64,000 nt of DNA from Chrysomallon squamiferum (taxonomy: Eukaryota; Animalia; Mollusca): NCBI GenBank assembly GCA_012295275.1, contig CM022671.1, positions 14,074,001 to 14,138,000 of the forward strand, written 5' to 3'. This document shows, piece after piece, positions 38,512 through 52,600 of this stretch (the first letter of the stretch is position 1; each line of letters starts with the position of its first letter). The notes beneath the pieces are model-generated. The model made no database searches, had not been told where the DNA came from, and was given only the letters and a program-made list of their open reading frames with translations. Made by a program: the position numbers and the translations under genes.

Positions 38512-41500
38512 CTGCAAAGGATTATACTGAAATAAGTTTTAAGATTAGACAAGGATGATGAAACACGTGAAATGAATAAGCTGTGTAATGTATAACTAAT
38601 TTTCTTTTTAAATCTGTGGTAACAAATTATTTTTAATAAACCATAAATGATAAGAAAAATTATATATTTAAACAATCCCAAATCATTTAAAATTTAAAAA
38701 CTATTAAAAACTAAATACAGTACAAGCAGCCAGACTGAGAATGTCTGTTTTGGTTTTACATATAACTACACACTATACTTACTCTTTTAAGAAAAACATA
38801 TCCTTATTTTTTCCAAACATGACCAAATGCAACAGAATGTTAACTAAATAGACCACAAAGTACTAAAGACATAATACAACTGAAACGTACCTTGTATTTA
38901 CATCCTGCCTCTTTGAATGGACAAGACACAGTAGCAGATGGACACATCTCTTGAACATGAATGTTCATTTCTTCACGTGGTATTTTGGTTGGATCACATC
39001 GATTCGGGCAAGCAAGAGGAAATCGTGGGCACTGGTACTGATGTGTCTACAAGCAAATGGTGAACTATTAATATATTCTAAAATCTTTTTTTTATATATA
39101 TTTTTGTCTTATTCTATTAATAATTTCATCAAGAGATCTCTGTGTAATATAATCAAAGTCCTTTGCAAACAATATTATTTGAAAAATAGTTGTAAAGGAT
39201 CTCTGAGACAAAGAAATAAAAAAAGGCACTTAACGTTTTTTACAGTTATGAAATATACAGTTTATAGATATAATTTAATTTACCTGCAGTGTTTCTTGCA
39301 CAAACTCTCTGCTGCAGTAATCACAGTTGACAGTTCTTTTGTGACATTCATTTTTCATGTGGTTGGACAAAAACCTTCTTTCCAGTTTTGCCCCACACTT
39401 GTTCTCACACCAAACAACCTCCTTTGGACAGTTTCCAGAATGTGTCTAAGAGAAGAAAAACAGATTCACTGAATTAAGTATTACCTCTTTTAAAACACAT
39501 ATAATTCCACATCAACCTCATTATTATCCTAATGAGTACCTTAAGTGACACAATCATGTGTGTGACTTCCTCTATAGTTTTAGTTATCAAAATGCAGAGA
39601 GTTGTGTATGATGCCTGAGTAATCATCTGCTTTTAGCACAGTTCAAAATATTTGCCTTCAGATAGTGAAGAGCATGAGCAATATGAGGTCCAAATACAAG
39701 TTTTGAAATAAAATAACCACTCAGAGAAGTTTCTTTTATAAAATTTTATAGAACAGAAATATATTTTCTAAACAGATAACATTTCAAAAAGTTTAAAATT
39801 ACATATGAGACTATTTTATTACATGATAATAAATTTTAGTTTTAAAGAAAAGAAAAGAAAAACCTAATAAGAGATAATATAAGATAAGTATTTTACTTTA
39901 AAATTAAATAGAATTTGCAAAACATTTGAAACAGGTTAATAAGATAGATAGATAAATGTTCTGTTAAAGAGGTTCTACAAATCTGGAGTATTTACTTTTT
40001 TCTTCTTTTTTTCAGTTATCAGGGCTGTTTCATCTAAATAGATGATGAATAATCATCTAAAGTTATCATATTTCATCCATTTAAAAATATATTGCTGTTA
40101 ATTAAATAAATATTAATAATATAAATATTTTTTACCATATCAAAATATTCAGCATTAAATTCCTGGTTACAAAATTCACATTTTGTTTTTCGTTTCGGGC
40201 ATGTATACTCGAGATGGTCATCCAGAGAAAGTGGAGACAACTTGGCAGAACACCGGTTAGGACAAGGTACTGCATCATAGCGACAGATATCCATGTGTGC
40301 CTACAAATATTTCATACAAATGTTTACTAAATCATATTGGTAATAATACAGATAACAAGAACAGTTACGTAAAATACTTTTACTTAAAAAGAAGCAGTTT
40401 TAGCAAGACTGCCAGGTTTCTATTTTAAATTTACATCAGATTCAATCATTAACAGTTAAACATGAGAGTCTCAAAATAAACTGGTTTAATATTCTCATTA
40501 CCAACTTAGTTTTCCATTTTGCAGATTACAAATGAACACTTTGAGAAAATTGTCTTTCAGTAAAACGAACCGATCAGTAATAGAATGCTTTCTCAGCGAC
40601 ATGTAAGAGTGTATCCAGTATACACGGATAAGTCAGATCATATCACTTGAACTAGACAGCTGACTTCAATGACTAGATTCAAACAAGAACAGACAAAGTT
40701 GGTATGCTTCAATAATTTATTTGTGACCACCACTGAAATCCCCAGTGGTCATAGCCCAGTGAGTGTAAAGAATACATTTCTCACTGCAATCAGTTATGCA
40801 TGGGCCGTCTTTGAGATGGGCAGAATTTTTTACAATGCATTCCTTGCAAGTAAACAAACAAAACAAATATAACAGTTTTCTTACTTGAATTGATAGTATG
40901 GTTTTTATTTGTTGTGTTTTAGACAAGTATTAACACAAAATTTATAAATTATGAGTGAACATGTGAACATGAAATGTTCATTTAAAAAAAGAAAAGAAAA
41001 AAGTCCTGAGTGACTGAGTAAATGTTTTTTCTTTTTTGGCTTTGTTTTGTTTTTTCCCCAACTACTCGCTATGCCTTTATATTATAACATTTACAAAGCA
41101 CATTTTATTCATACCTTTTCATTAAACAGAATATAATTATTTTACAAATTTGTATTATCTTTTTTGTTTGTATCACTTATAACTGTTTTTCTTATTGTCT
41201 GTATAATCTTCAGGCAACTTTGTGTGAGGATGTTTCTATTTATAATATTATTAAAAATACAGTAAATTAATTTTGCTGAATCATTTGACTCTACTTTCCT
41301 TGTAGAGTCATTATCTAGCAGAGTTATATATGCTATTACATCCAACAATGGAATAAACACAATTATTGTATTGTTTGCAAAACATTATTATCTCAATTAC
41401 TATAACTATTTCCAGTATTTCCAGTGACATCTAGAATAAATCAACAGTAAAATATCATGCTACTATATAACTTTTTTTAAATTATGCTTTCTGTAAATAA

Positions 41501-42343
41501 AGAAATATGCTTTTTACCAGGTATGTAGCAGGTATGAAATGTTGAGCTCATAAACGACACTGCACTGACTGAATGTCACAGAAAAAATACATTTATTTTT
41601 TTTGTTCTTTCAAGTGTACCTCGAATAGACATGCCAGCTGTGACTTAGCACCATGTTCCATGTGAATAATCCCCAATAATAATGTCTACAACACAGCTAA
41701 TACCGACTCACTAACTAAACTGTGCAGATTATGTTAGTCTTTATGCTTGTCAGTCACCCAGTTTAGTGTATCTAGAAATACTTCAATAATTACTGTCATT
41801 TTCCTAAATGTTTTATAAAGTATTTTTAAGGTGAATCACCACCTGCCAAACACCTGTGCTTAGAATGGTTAATATAAGGTCAAGGTTAAATAATGTTTGT
41901 AATATAATCTATTTAGTTTATAATTCCATAAGCTGGAATGTTATTATGAAATGAAATGATGACTAATAGACTATCTTTATGTTTACAATTGTATTAAACA
42001 ACACAGACAGACTCAGACTTACACCTACAATAATTATTACAGACAATCCAGTGAGAAGCTCTGAATTTTCAGTCATTTCAAATAAAAACTAATATTAAAA
42101 ATAAATCATACATCATATAACTCATGTGTCAGTACAATCCTCTTTCACTATAATTTGAATATTTTTTCTAAACTGATTAAGAATGGCTGATGAAGACAAC
42201 AGTTATAATTCATATTCTGCATCTGTAACAGAAAATTTGTTTTAAAATATGTAATTTTTGATGATTTAAACATTATTTAAATATAGATAGCTTTGACTAG
42301 TTGGATATTTAAGGTATGCTAAGCACAATGGATTTCAAATGTC

Positions 42344-42374
<31 letters not shown>

Positions 42375-43141
42375 AGTCACTAAACTGTAAAATATATTTA
42401 AACTTACCTGTAAGTTCTGCAGTTTGTCAACCCATCTACATCCTTCTTTGTAATGTCTGCAGCGAATGTGACTGTTCATTATTTCTGTTTCAAGTTCACG
42501 GTCAGGATAGATCTGTGGAACAAGAGACATGCAGGTCAGTTGGTACAGTAAATATACAATCACATGGGAATAACCAATCCTAATGACGATAATAATATAT
42601 GTAATGAAGACGTGCACTATATGTTAGATACATTCTGTTTAGTTTATTAAACATTTTACAGCCAGTAACATAAAACTGTACAGAACAATAGAATATTTTA
42701 TTGTAATTATTGTCATTGGAATGTGATTATTATTTTTTTTTTTTTTTTTTTTTGGAACTATATTCTGTGATGTATAGTATATTTCAGTGATGATACAACA
42801 TTTATTTTTATGTTTTTAACAAACCAAAGTCGCAGTGAAAATAATAAGGGAAATGTTGATGAGCTGATGGTTTTTCAGGTTTATTATTTTCTCAATAAGC
42901 AAAGCAGTTCTACCCAAGTGTAGGAGTGACATTTGAGTTAATAAAAATGTTGTATATAGTTTGTAATGGATTAGGTAGGAGAATATGTGCAGTCATGAAA
43001 TAAATTAATTTTACACAAATCCATGCTTCTTTAATTATCTATATTGTACATAGAAAACAAAGAATTACATGAACAAAAATAAAACAAACCTTTGCATAAT
43101 CTATCACATTATCATCTTCAGGGCATTTAAAGTTGCCAGCA
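37894..43141 (-). CDS. TRAF4: TNF receptor-associated factor 4, 5'-partial multi-exon CDS (exons 43090-43141, 42408-42512, 40136-40300, 39284-39445, 38891-39046, 37894-38511)
   Basis: Six exons with canonical AG/GT sites splice in frame. Translation runs (S)AGNFKCPEDDNVIDYAK / IYPDRELETEIMNSHIRCRHYKEGCRW... / three TRAF zinc-finger exons / coiled coil plus MATH domain ending in TAA. Sequence and exon boundaries correspond to vertebrate TRAF4 exons 2-7 as I recall them (EGVFKCPEDQLPLDYAK / IYPDPELE... / ...CPFKDSGCKHR / CPKLAMARHVEES). Confidence 0.95.
38891..39046 (-). CDS. TRAF4: TRAF4 zinc-finger exon (156 nt)
   Basis: gtag|ACA...AAG|gtacg; THQYQCPRFPLACPNRCDPTKIPREEMNIHVQEMCPSATVSCPFKEAGCKYK. 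Confidence 0.95.
39284..39445 (-). CDS. TRAF4: TRAF4 zinc-finger exon (162 nt)
   Basis: ttag|ACA...CAG|gtaaa; THSGNCPKEVVWCENKCGAKLERRFLSNHMKNECHKRTVNCDYCSREFVQETLQ. Confidence 0.95.
40136..40300 (-). CDS. TRAF4: TRAF4 zinc-finger exon (165 nt)
   Basis: gtag|GCA...ATG|gtaaa; AHMDICRYDAVPCPNRCSAKLSPLSLDDHLEYTCPKRKTKCEFCNQEFNAEYFDM. Confidence 0.95.
42408..42512 (-). CDS. TRAF4: TRAF4 exon (105 nt)
   Basis: cacag|ATC...CAG|gtaagt; IYPDRELETEIMNSHIRCRHYKEGCRWVDKLQNLQ. Confidence 0.95.
43090..43141 (-). CDS. TRAF4: TRAF4 52-nt exon (C-terminal part of RING finger)
   Basis: tttttcag|T GCT GGC AAC TTT AAA TGC CCT GAA GAT...GCA AAG|gtttgt, giving (S)AGNFKCPEDDNVIDYAK with a phase-2 start; equivalent to vertebrate TRAF4 exon 2. 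Confidence 0.92.
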
Positions 43142-43939
43142 CTGAAAAATAAAAATACATATTAGTTTATAGAAATTTCTAAGACTTAATATTTTATAAA
43201 AATAAAGTAGACATTTCTCATAACGTGGAAAGAAATGTGAAACAAACAAACAAAATAAACCTTGACAGACTGAGTAAATCGTGGCAGAGTTGATTTTAGA
43301 TTGGTTGGGTTTCAATGACTTCTGTGTGAAACATTAGGATTAAATGGAAAATATAAGTTTTGGTGAATTTTCATGAGATTATAATATTACTGCTTTTCTT
43401 GGTTATGAAATTTTGCAGTATAAATTAACACTTTGAAGTCTGTGAAAAGATTTTCCTATCACAAATATAAATGATGTGAATACACAGATTTAGCTAATAA
43501 AAGTAACAAGTCTGCAAACATTTCAAAATGCTTGTTAGTGATGTGATGATGTTTTCTGAATGAATAAAATAACAGACTGACTGAAACACTAGTGTGAGCA
43601 GCTGATGTTAATTACAATTATGATGGTCCGTGCATGTAAAAAATATTTCTCTTTTAAAAAATATTAAACTTCCTTTTTTTTGTTTATATATATATATTTT
43701 TATAATGTGCTTTTCATTAACAAAAAATAATTAAAATTTCTTTTATTATCATTTATTCATTGTTTTTTTTTACCATATTTAATAGTGTCATGATAATAAT
43801 ACATGAGGTAATTTAAAAAAATAATAATAACAACTAGAAAATCTTCAAAATTAATTAAATCATTTGACATTTATCACTATCACTATATTATAACAGAGTA
43901 ACCTATAACAACTTTAAATACTGAATAATAATAATAAAA

Positions 43940-43940
<1 letters not shown>

Positions 43941-44002
<62 letters not shown>
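43941..44002. repeat. (TTG)n microsatellite
   Basis: Directly visible. Confidence 0.98.
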
Positions 44003-47000
44003 ATTTTAAACATAAAAAAACCACCAAAAAAAAAACCCAACTATAATAAAGCATTGATATTTTCCTTTCATATACATCCCTATTTAAAAAATATATCATC
44101 AACGAGATTATCATATTACATTTTAACCATTGTACACCTAGAGGATATTTCAATATTATTAAGATTTTGAGGAGTATAACCGGAAATGCATATCAGCTTG
44201 AGGAAGCCAGTGGCTGTTTAAACAGAAAGCTAAAAGAAAATAATGAATGAAAAACTGAGGTTTTATTGCTTTCAGTAACCTATCTGATTATTATAGAGTA
44301 AAAGATATGATAAAGAACTTGTTAAGGAGGGGTGAGAGGAACTTGAACACAAAGGACAGGAAACGATAGTGTATTGGTCACACTGAAAGCAGCAGATGTC
44401 TTCAGCAAATCTCAGACAGGATATTGCACTCCTCACTAAGTAATGTAACACAGCAAACTCCTTGCACAGTCTCAAGTAACAACTGTCACAGGATTATTAT
44501 TTATTTCGTTATTAAATTCTGAAAACATTTTGGAGACAATAAAAAACTGAAAGTGTAATTAATATTTGTTTAACCATTTATTTTAAAAATATATAGATAT
44601 ATATGTAACAGTGTTTTGTTTCAATTATTGGGGGTTTTTTTTAAACGGAGGTGACAATAAACCAGAGCAAAAAAGAACCTTAACTGAAACAATACCTAGT
44701 AACAATCTTGATTCTTAAATGTTTATATTTGTTTTATTACTGATACTTTAGCTATTCATTTGAATTACATGATGAGTTCACCACTGCCATTTAGAACAGT
44801 AATACTAGTCTCACAAAACATCTGTTTATCACCATCACACAACTACAAAAGGTTTAGTGCAAGCAGACACAAAAGTCTAATATAATTACTGAACTTTTCA
44901 CTGTCATCCAGTTTGTCATTAACAGCGATTTAGATACGACTGTTCTGACATGTCAATAAAATTATAAACATTCAAGAGGTTTCAGCAAACACACCAATAA
45001 CATTTCTTGAAATTTTATTGTTCTACCTCACTGTTGTTTACAAACAAGGATTTCTAGACACTGATAATGTACTGCTTCATAACAGTACCCTTTAAATGAG
45101 ATCAGCTGACTATAATGGTCACCTGCAGGCTAATTATTTTTTATTCATGTTATACATGCTTGTTAGCTGCAGTATATTACAATGATTTAGATACTTAGTA
45201 ACAATTTACAAAGATTCAGATATCATTAAAAAACCTATTTGTTGAGAGAAAGGGAAACTTTTTACTATTTATTTATTTATTTACTTAATTATTTTTTTAT
45301 TTTTTTTTGGAAACATTTTATTTATTTACTTATTTATTTATCTGTTTATTTTTCTTTCTTTTTCTTATTGTTATTTTTAATGAAATATGGTAATGATTTA
45401 AAAATAAAAAATTAAACAGGAACTACTAAAAACAATTTCAGGTAGAGTGAAGTATTTAATTCAGAGACATGCAAAGTGAGACAAAACAGCTGTAGGACAG
45501 ATGTATGGCAGATACTGTTAGTATACATTTCTCTGCTCAGGGCTATTTCCCATCCCACTCTTTGATCTAACACATCAAAAGACTTGAGTCTGGTGACTTT
45601 TTAGGTAACCAGTCATCATCAACAAACAGGTTATATCTAATATTTTACCAGTGCAGAGTTTGACAGAAAAAAGTCTACTACATGACTGTCATTATGTCAG
45701 AATGAAGCATCGTAGTGTAAACATCAAATACACTGTTACCTCTGTTTGATTTGTTTTTATTTGTCATCAGAATGTTCACAAAACGCATTAATAATTTAGG
45801 AAATTTCTTTTATGGTAATTATCATTTATATTTTGTTAGTTAATCAGGTGTGACAAATTTAAACTTAGGCAGCCAGTTTAACAAGAGTGATAATGAGGTT
45901 TAAAATGGTTTTATGTAAGATTAGTACTTTCAACACAATACATAATCAATAAAACCTATTCCTTAAAACAACTACTACAATAAACATAATCAAAAAATTT
46001 AAAAAGTATCTTTGGGTTTGGTTGATTTTTTTCATAAATTATTTGTCAGCAGCCATTTATCTGACGCCAGAAGATATCATCTATTTAACAAATGACAGAG
46101 TAATAATGTCCTTTGGCTATGTTATTAATAAACATAAATTCAGTTGCCAAACAAGGTGACAGTAAACTTAATTAACAACATTCAGCTGATACACAGACAA
46201 CCAGAAACTAGTCATCAGGGTCTCTGAGCTGTCCAGAAAAATAACTGTTTCAAAATTTTAAATACCAGCTGCAGTAAGATAAAAAGCTGTGAAGATGAAA
46301 TAATGGCTTATGGTCAGTTGATTTGATGTTTCTATAATGTATTATTTTTAACTTCAGGTTATTAGTTTATCATAAAATTAATGGGAATAACATGATCATG
46401 ACAAATGTTAAGATCATATCCCTAAGGAGACTATTTGATTATCTAAATGGAATCTCTTGATATTCAGATATTAATTAACAATACCAAATAAAAAATTCAT
46501 GAATCTCATATTCCTCTTAATGGTAGATTAATACATAATATAAAAGTGGTCCAAAGCAACAGTAGAATATAAAAATATAAAACAAAATCTCTATCTGAAA
46601 ATGTGTACTAAAACCAACCTTATACAGCCTCTTCCTCTCAAACTCTCCACAGAAACTGTTGCCATTGTCACTAAATTTTTTTTTCACTACAAAATTCAGA
46701 AACTAACAAATGGTTTCATGCAGTGGTCAGCAAGAAATATTCATTGGAGAAATATGCAGAGATTGGACCTGTGAGCTGCTGCAGGAATAATAGCAGCTAC
46801 TGGTCCCTTTGACAAATTAATCGTCTTCAGCTGAATTAATAACTCTGTGGCTTGCAGACATCAATAAACATTAATTCCAAAACAAATACTTTTATGTCTT
46901 CAAAACTAATAAAGCCACCACTGGGAACATGTGCATCAGGAAAAAAAATATATTGATTACAAATCTGCATGACAAGTTCATTAGTAAGTCCATTAAAGTA

Positions 47001-49588
47001 TAGTGTGCAGAAATATGTTAACTAAAAAAGAAAAACTATTAGAATGAAATATGAACAATTTCTTAATACCAGAGAAAAACTGAGTGAAATAAAGTGAGGA
47101 ATGAACACTAATCAGCTGTAAATCAAACAGCATCAACAGGTTTGACCACAAGAGGAGAACCACAAAAATCAAATGAGGCTCCTTCCTGTGTTTTGGTGTT
47201 AACAGGATTGTAACAGAATCCAGCTTAGCAGATGGGTTGAAATTAACATTGTGTTTCATTGGCCAACTGCACAGCCATCTGCTCTGTCACTTGAGACCAC
47301 TACTTCATCAATTCAAAAGCTTAGAAGAACAAACCTGAGGTTTTATTACCCCAAAAACCTAATAAATGTTACAATTAAAGCTGGAAAAAGAGTACGTGAT
47401 AACAATAAAAACAAGTATTTTTTATATATTTCCTTAATGTTGCAGATATAAAATTTACATTTTATTTCTTTTCAGGCCTGTGAATCAATTTAAAATTAAT
47501 TAAATACATTTTTTATTTTTTATTTATAAGCTAGAAGATTTAATTTAATAGTGTTTTTAAAAATAAAATTGCATACCGAAATAAATTGAATATTTCTTGA
47601 AATTATTTCCTATTTTAATAACTAAAAAAAAAAAAAAAAATTATTAATTAATCACTAAACCAATTTTCCAAAGACATTTATGTAGATTTCTAAAATAAAA
47701 ATGCTCATGTTTAAATCTATACCAAAGTTTGATGTTGGAAACGTCAATTTAAAGACATCTGCCTGAAAATACTTAGACATTGTTAGGCTACTGAATACAA
47801 ACAAAGACTGTGACTCTGTGTCTGACTCAGGTGGCCGGCCCAAGGTTTGGTTTCAGTGTGTGAGATAAAACAGTTTTGTTGGCTGACAGGTTAACAATGC
47901 AGTCACACTTCCCCACAACTGTATCTGATCAGTGGCACACGCCATTCAGATACCATACACAATACCTTCAAAGCCTTTTCTCCTCCTGCAAAACTTATTT
48001 GAAATAAAAGTAAAAAATTATAACTATAATCTTCAAATTATGACACTTAACAATAAATAAGTATTTTTTAAAGAAGGCCAGGAGCAATACAATTTAATTT
48101 TTAAAAATACCATACAATAAGTGAATTGAGCAAATGTTTCCAAATATCTTTAAGAAAGGCTTTGTCAAAATGTATACATCCATTACAAAGGAGATAGTAA
48201 TATTATAAAGTTATTCTTGTGAAAAATAGCTTTTAATTCCAGTCCCATTTCAAGTGATTGTTCCACTTTTGGTTTATCTGGTGAGATTTGTGGTGAATTT
48301 ATTCATTTAAAGTAAATACAAATTTAAAAATAAAATTTTTTTTTTTAAAGATCAATTTAATTACAATACAGTATACAAATTATGTTGAAAATTAAAGTAA
48401 ATTTCTATTTTTTTTTTTTTTATTATATCTATCAGCTATTGCATAAAATGATTATGCCATTGACAAGAATTTCATTAAATTAGCACATACGAATTAAACC
48501 CTATGCAAAAATATTTTATTTTACTTTTTATATTTAATCATTTATTTCATTTTTTTTTAGTCAAATTTATTATTTTTTTATTTTTTATATTATTACTATC
48601 AAGAATTATTATTCTTATTATTTATTTATTTTTTTAACAAAAATAGAAATTACTGAATGAATTAGAATTGCAATATAATATCTGGCAGTGTGTGTTTATC
48701 ATATCAAGACTATTATACTGCCAAGTGAATATTACTGATAGCAGAAATCAGCTGTGCAGATATAAACAAGACTCGATTTTATGAAACCAGGTTAAATACA
48801 CACAGAATGTGTTTCACAACAATGGATTACTATTATATTCTGTTATATACAGGACATTAAATAACAAAGAGGTGTATACAAAGAGGTAAAGCAAATTGGT
48901 GTAAGATCAGAACGTGGGAGATAGATTCCCACAGATAACTCGAGTAAGTGTGAACTGATCTCTTAATAAAGACATGGGAATAACTGTTAAACTGGATTTC
49001 AAAAAGATATATATATATACATAGTGTTAATGCCATCAGCAATCATACTGATTGATCCAAATAACTTTTTTATTATCAATTTATAAGCCCCCAAAAAGAT
49101 TATAAAAAAAAAAAAGAAGAAGATAATACACTTCCTCTAATGACAATAATGCAGACTTGTTGAAGAGAAACATTTAAAGCCCCACACTGGCAGATGTGAA
49201 TCCAAGTGACTCGATTATCAATTTTTTATAATTCCACGACATTCCAACAGGACACACTGTCAGTAATGTATTCTAAACAGAATTTCCATACAGGTGTGGC
49301 GACACAGCTGTCTCTTACTGCCTCCCCAAACCACTGCATCTGCCACACGCATTCCTTCACACACTGCTGACCTCAGATTACAGGCTTACACTCATCAAAT
49401 GGTCAGTTTGGAGGTGCAAACAAAAGAACAAACTGATAAAAAACAAATACAATACAAATCATCTTCAGATCTCTGCTAGCTGTTCATACCCCATGTTTGT
49501 CTTCATCAACAAATGAAAGGCTTAACTAATCACTGCTGGGTTTCCTGCAGTTACATTTTCAATAGCAACAACTACAACAACAACAATG

Positions 49589-49638
<50 letters not shown>

Positions 49639-49659
49639 GTTGTTGTTGTTGTTGTTGTT
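49589..49659. repeat. (ATT)n(GTT)n microsatellite
   Basis: Directly visible. Confidence 0.97.
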
Positions 49660-52600
49660 ATGTTATACATATTTTAAAAGAAGATATTTTATTTTTCTAA
49701 AAATGTATTAGCATTTTTATTACAATTATAAATACTCTGCATATTTTATGAACCTCAAAACAGATGACTAATTACCTGATAACCAAATGCAAAATAATGA
49801 GTTGTATTGGAGAGAGGTATTAAGTTATTACTATTTCTATTTAAAAAAAAAAAAAAAAGACCCATTACATTTCCTAATTTCCAAAGATAATTCTAGATTT
49901 GTTTTGTATTTCAATTACTGTTAGAACTCAAACAATGAAGTGAGAAAAGATTAACTGTTCTTATTTGACAGACAGCTGAAATGGCTGTCTTTACTACATC
50001 CCCTGATAATGTTTTCCAATCAACAACTGACAGCTAGTAATTTGAAATGCGAGCCTGAAATCTGACTGGACAATGACTTTAAATTACATCTCTCTCATGA
50101 CTGGCTATTGACAACAGAATCAATTTGTGTCAAATTTTAACCAAAGCTTTTTTCACTTTTTTGTTTTTAGAATAAATTTAGTGATGGCCAGTTTGCAAAT
50201 ACATTACATAAGTAGTCAACAAGATACCAACTCATACAAATTGTCTTATCTTCAGAAACATCTTAATAGTTTGTTAGAAATGCTTTACTTTCAGTGACTC
50301 TATAAAAACTGTGACATTATCTTTACCACTATTATTATTGATGATGATGATGATGATGATGATTTTTAAAATTTTAACAATGCTATTTATTATTCTTTAA
50401 TTTTATTAAATTGTAATATATTTAGACTTATTAAATGCATTTACAAATTAATATTTAAAAATAAATAAATTAATTATGCAATATGGGTAAATTTATATGT
50501 AAATTTTACAATATTAAAATTTATTTTGAAGCTTGTTTTATAAATTATATTTGAAATCTTTTAATCACTTGTAATGTCTCAATATATGTTATCTGGAAAT
50601 AAATGAAGTAGAAACTGTATTACCTTCCATGATTTATGAAATTCTGTATATTATGTATTTATCAAAACAAAAAGAAAAATGGAGGAGAAAAAGAAAAATA
50701 CTAACAAATCTTATTTTGCCTGTAGATGGTATTTGTGATTAGTAATTAAAAATAGTCATGAATGACACAGATATCCAACAACTTTTAAATCAAAAGAAAT
50801 AATTCCTAATTGAATTTTCTTTTCATAACCACAATCTCTGTACAATAAAATTAAAATTAAAAAAAAAAAAATAAAAACAAACATCAGTGTAACTAAGAAA
50901 TACTTTTTTCAAATTTTGAAAATTTTATTTCCAGACCCTTTTTTCCACATCAAAAAACATCCTGTCATTAGCCATTTTAAAAAGAAGTCAGTTTAAATTA
51001 TACAAGCAAAATTATCTAAGAAACAAAAATATCTTGTCAACATGCTTAGATAAACAAATAAACAAAACCACAGGGATTTTGCAAAGTTTATTAATTCATG
51101 GTATTTACTGTGTATAGAATAGAAATGGAGAACCTAAATTCCAGAAAACAACAGTGAAGTTTTCAATCAAAATATTGATGTAAAATATTTTCAAAAATAA
51201 TTTGATAAATAAAAATGGACAGAAGCCAAAATTCTGTGTTCAATTTTTTTCAATGTAATTTTAATTAAAACATCTTGTGGAAAGAGCTTAACAAATGAAT
51301 GATGAGTATCAGATAAATAAACATATAAAATTGAATAAAAATGAGAAATATAGGTATTAACATTTAATTATCAAAACAGGAATAAAATAATCAATATTTT
51401 AAAATGAAATTCACTAACCTTGACTACTCCATGCTTTCAGTGTACAATGTTCTCCATTTTAAACTGTTGTGAACTCAAAGAATTCCAGAGACTTTAATTA
51501 ACCAGAAAGGACCCCAAACCTCTGACATGCACAAATACACAGAAAAGTGCAGAAATAAAAGAACTTGAGGCTACTGCTTGCTACGAAAGAGACTCAACAC
51601 CAGCAGTAGCTGTGCTGGGAGTGTCCAATTTCTTCAGATCATTTCAAAACTGAAAATCATGTGAAGTTACCATGGTAATATGACACTCTGCAATAGCATA
51701 TTTTGTTTCTCTAGCAGAGTTTATTATAATTATTTTCCCATGACTAGAAGATATTTAGATATGTGATAAGAAAAACATGACCTAGCAGTGCAAATCACGA
51801 CAGCCTAATAACAGCTGAATTGATTTTGCAGTGCAGTCGGAAGCTGAATCTAAATAATAACAGCTGCAAGTGTAATTTGGATTGTCATTTAATTATGACT
51901 TTAAAAATGTGTTTTACCACGAAATAGGACCAGGCAGGCAAGTCTATGAAACTTCAGTGGCTGATATCATGCTTCATATTAAAAGATTTTTCTCTTGTTG
52001 TCAATCCCACTTTTAAAATTAAAACATATTTTATATACTTCTATCCCAGTTCCCAATACAATTCATGAAAATTCATAAAATTCAAAAAGAAGAATTTTTC
52101 AATGTTATGTTTCTTCTTTGTAATACCACTCTAGAAATAAGCTTGCAGATATTCAAATCTTTATTTTAAAATTTTATTTCATCTTCTTTTTTTCTTTTTT
52201 GACATATACTGGTTATCTTTAATATATTAATTTACTAGTTCATCATTCTAATTCTAAACAGCTGTTATAATCATCACACCAACAGCTGATGATTGGATGC
52301 ATGAATGCCAAAGATGGTCAAGTTCTGATATTTGACTATGGAACCCCCAACTTCAGGCTAATTGTCAGATATTCTTGGAAGAACTGCCAGAACTTTATCT
52401 AGACACTCTGTCAATAGAGATCAAATTCATTCAAACAGATGTGCTCTATCTAGACTAATTGTAACATTCTCTGAGTTATTTAACATTTTGCAAATTAATT
52501 CTGTCAGTAAATCAAAAAGTAAAACTGCTAGCTAATCCTTCATATGCAAAAATATTATTGAAAATATCTTTGTCAAAAATGTGAAAGTTATTTTTTAGGT

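Noticed and set aside
38218-39472. Plus-strand ORFs of 105 and 173 aa
   Set aside because: Antisense shadows of TRAF4 exons with no recognisable protein features.
44272-44475. ORF with CFQC/CPLC as the missing TRAF4 RING exon
   Set aside because: Lacks the CGHxFC spacing and TRAF4 similarity, and I saw no suitable phase-2 donor.
51411-51700. Donor-like AAG|GTTAGT as a coding first exon of TRAF4
   Set aside because: The frame needed to join exon 2 has a TAG just upstream; at most a non-coding exon, and unsupported.
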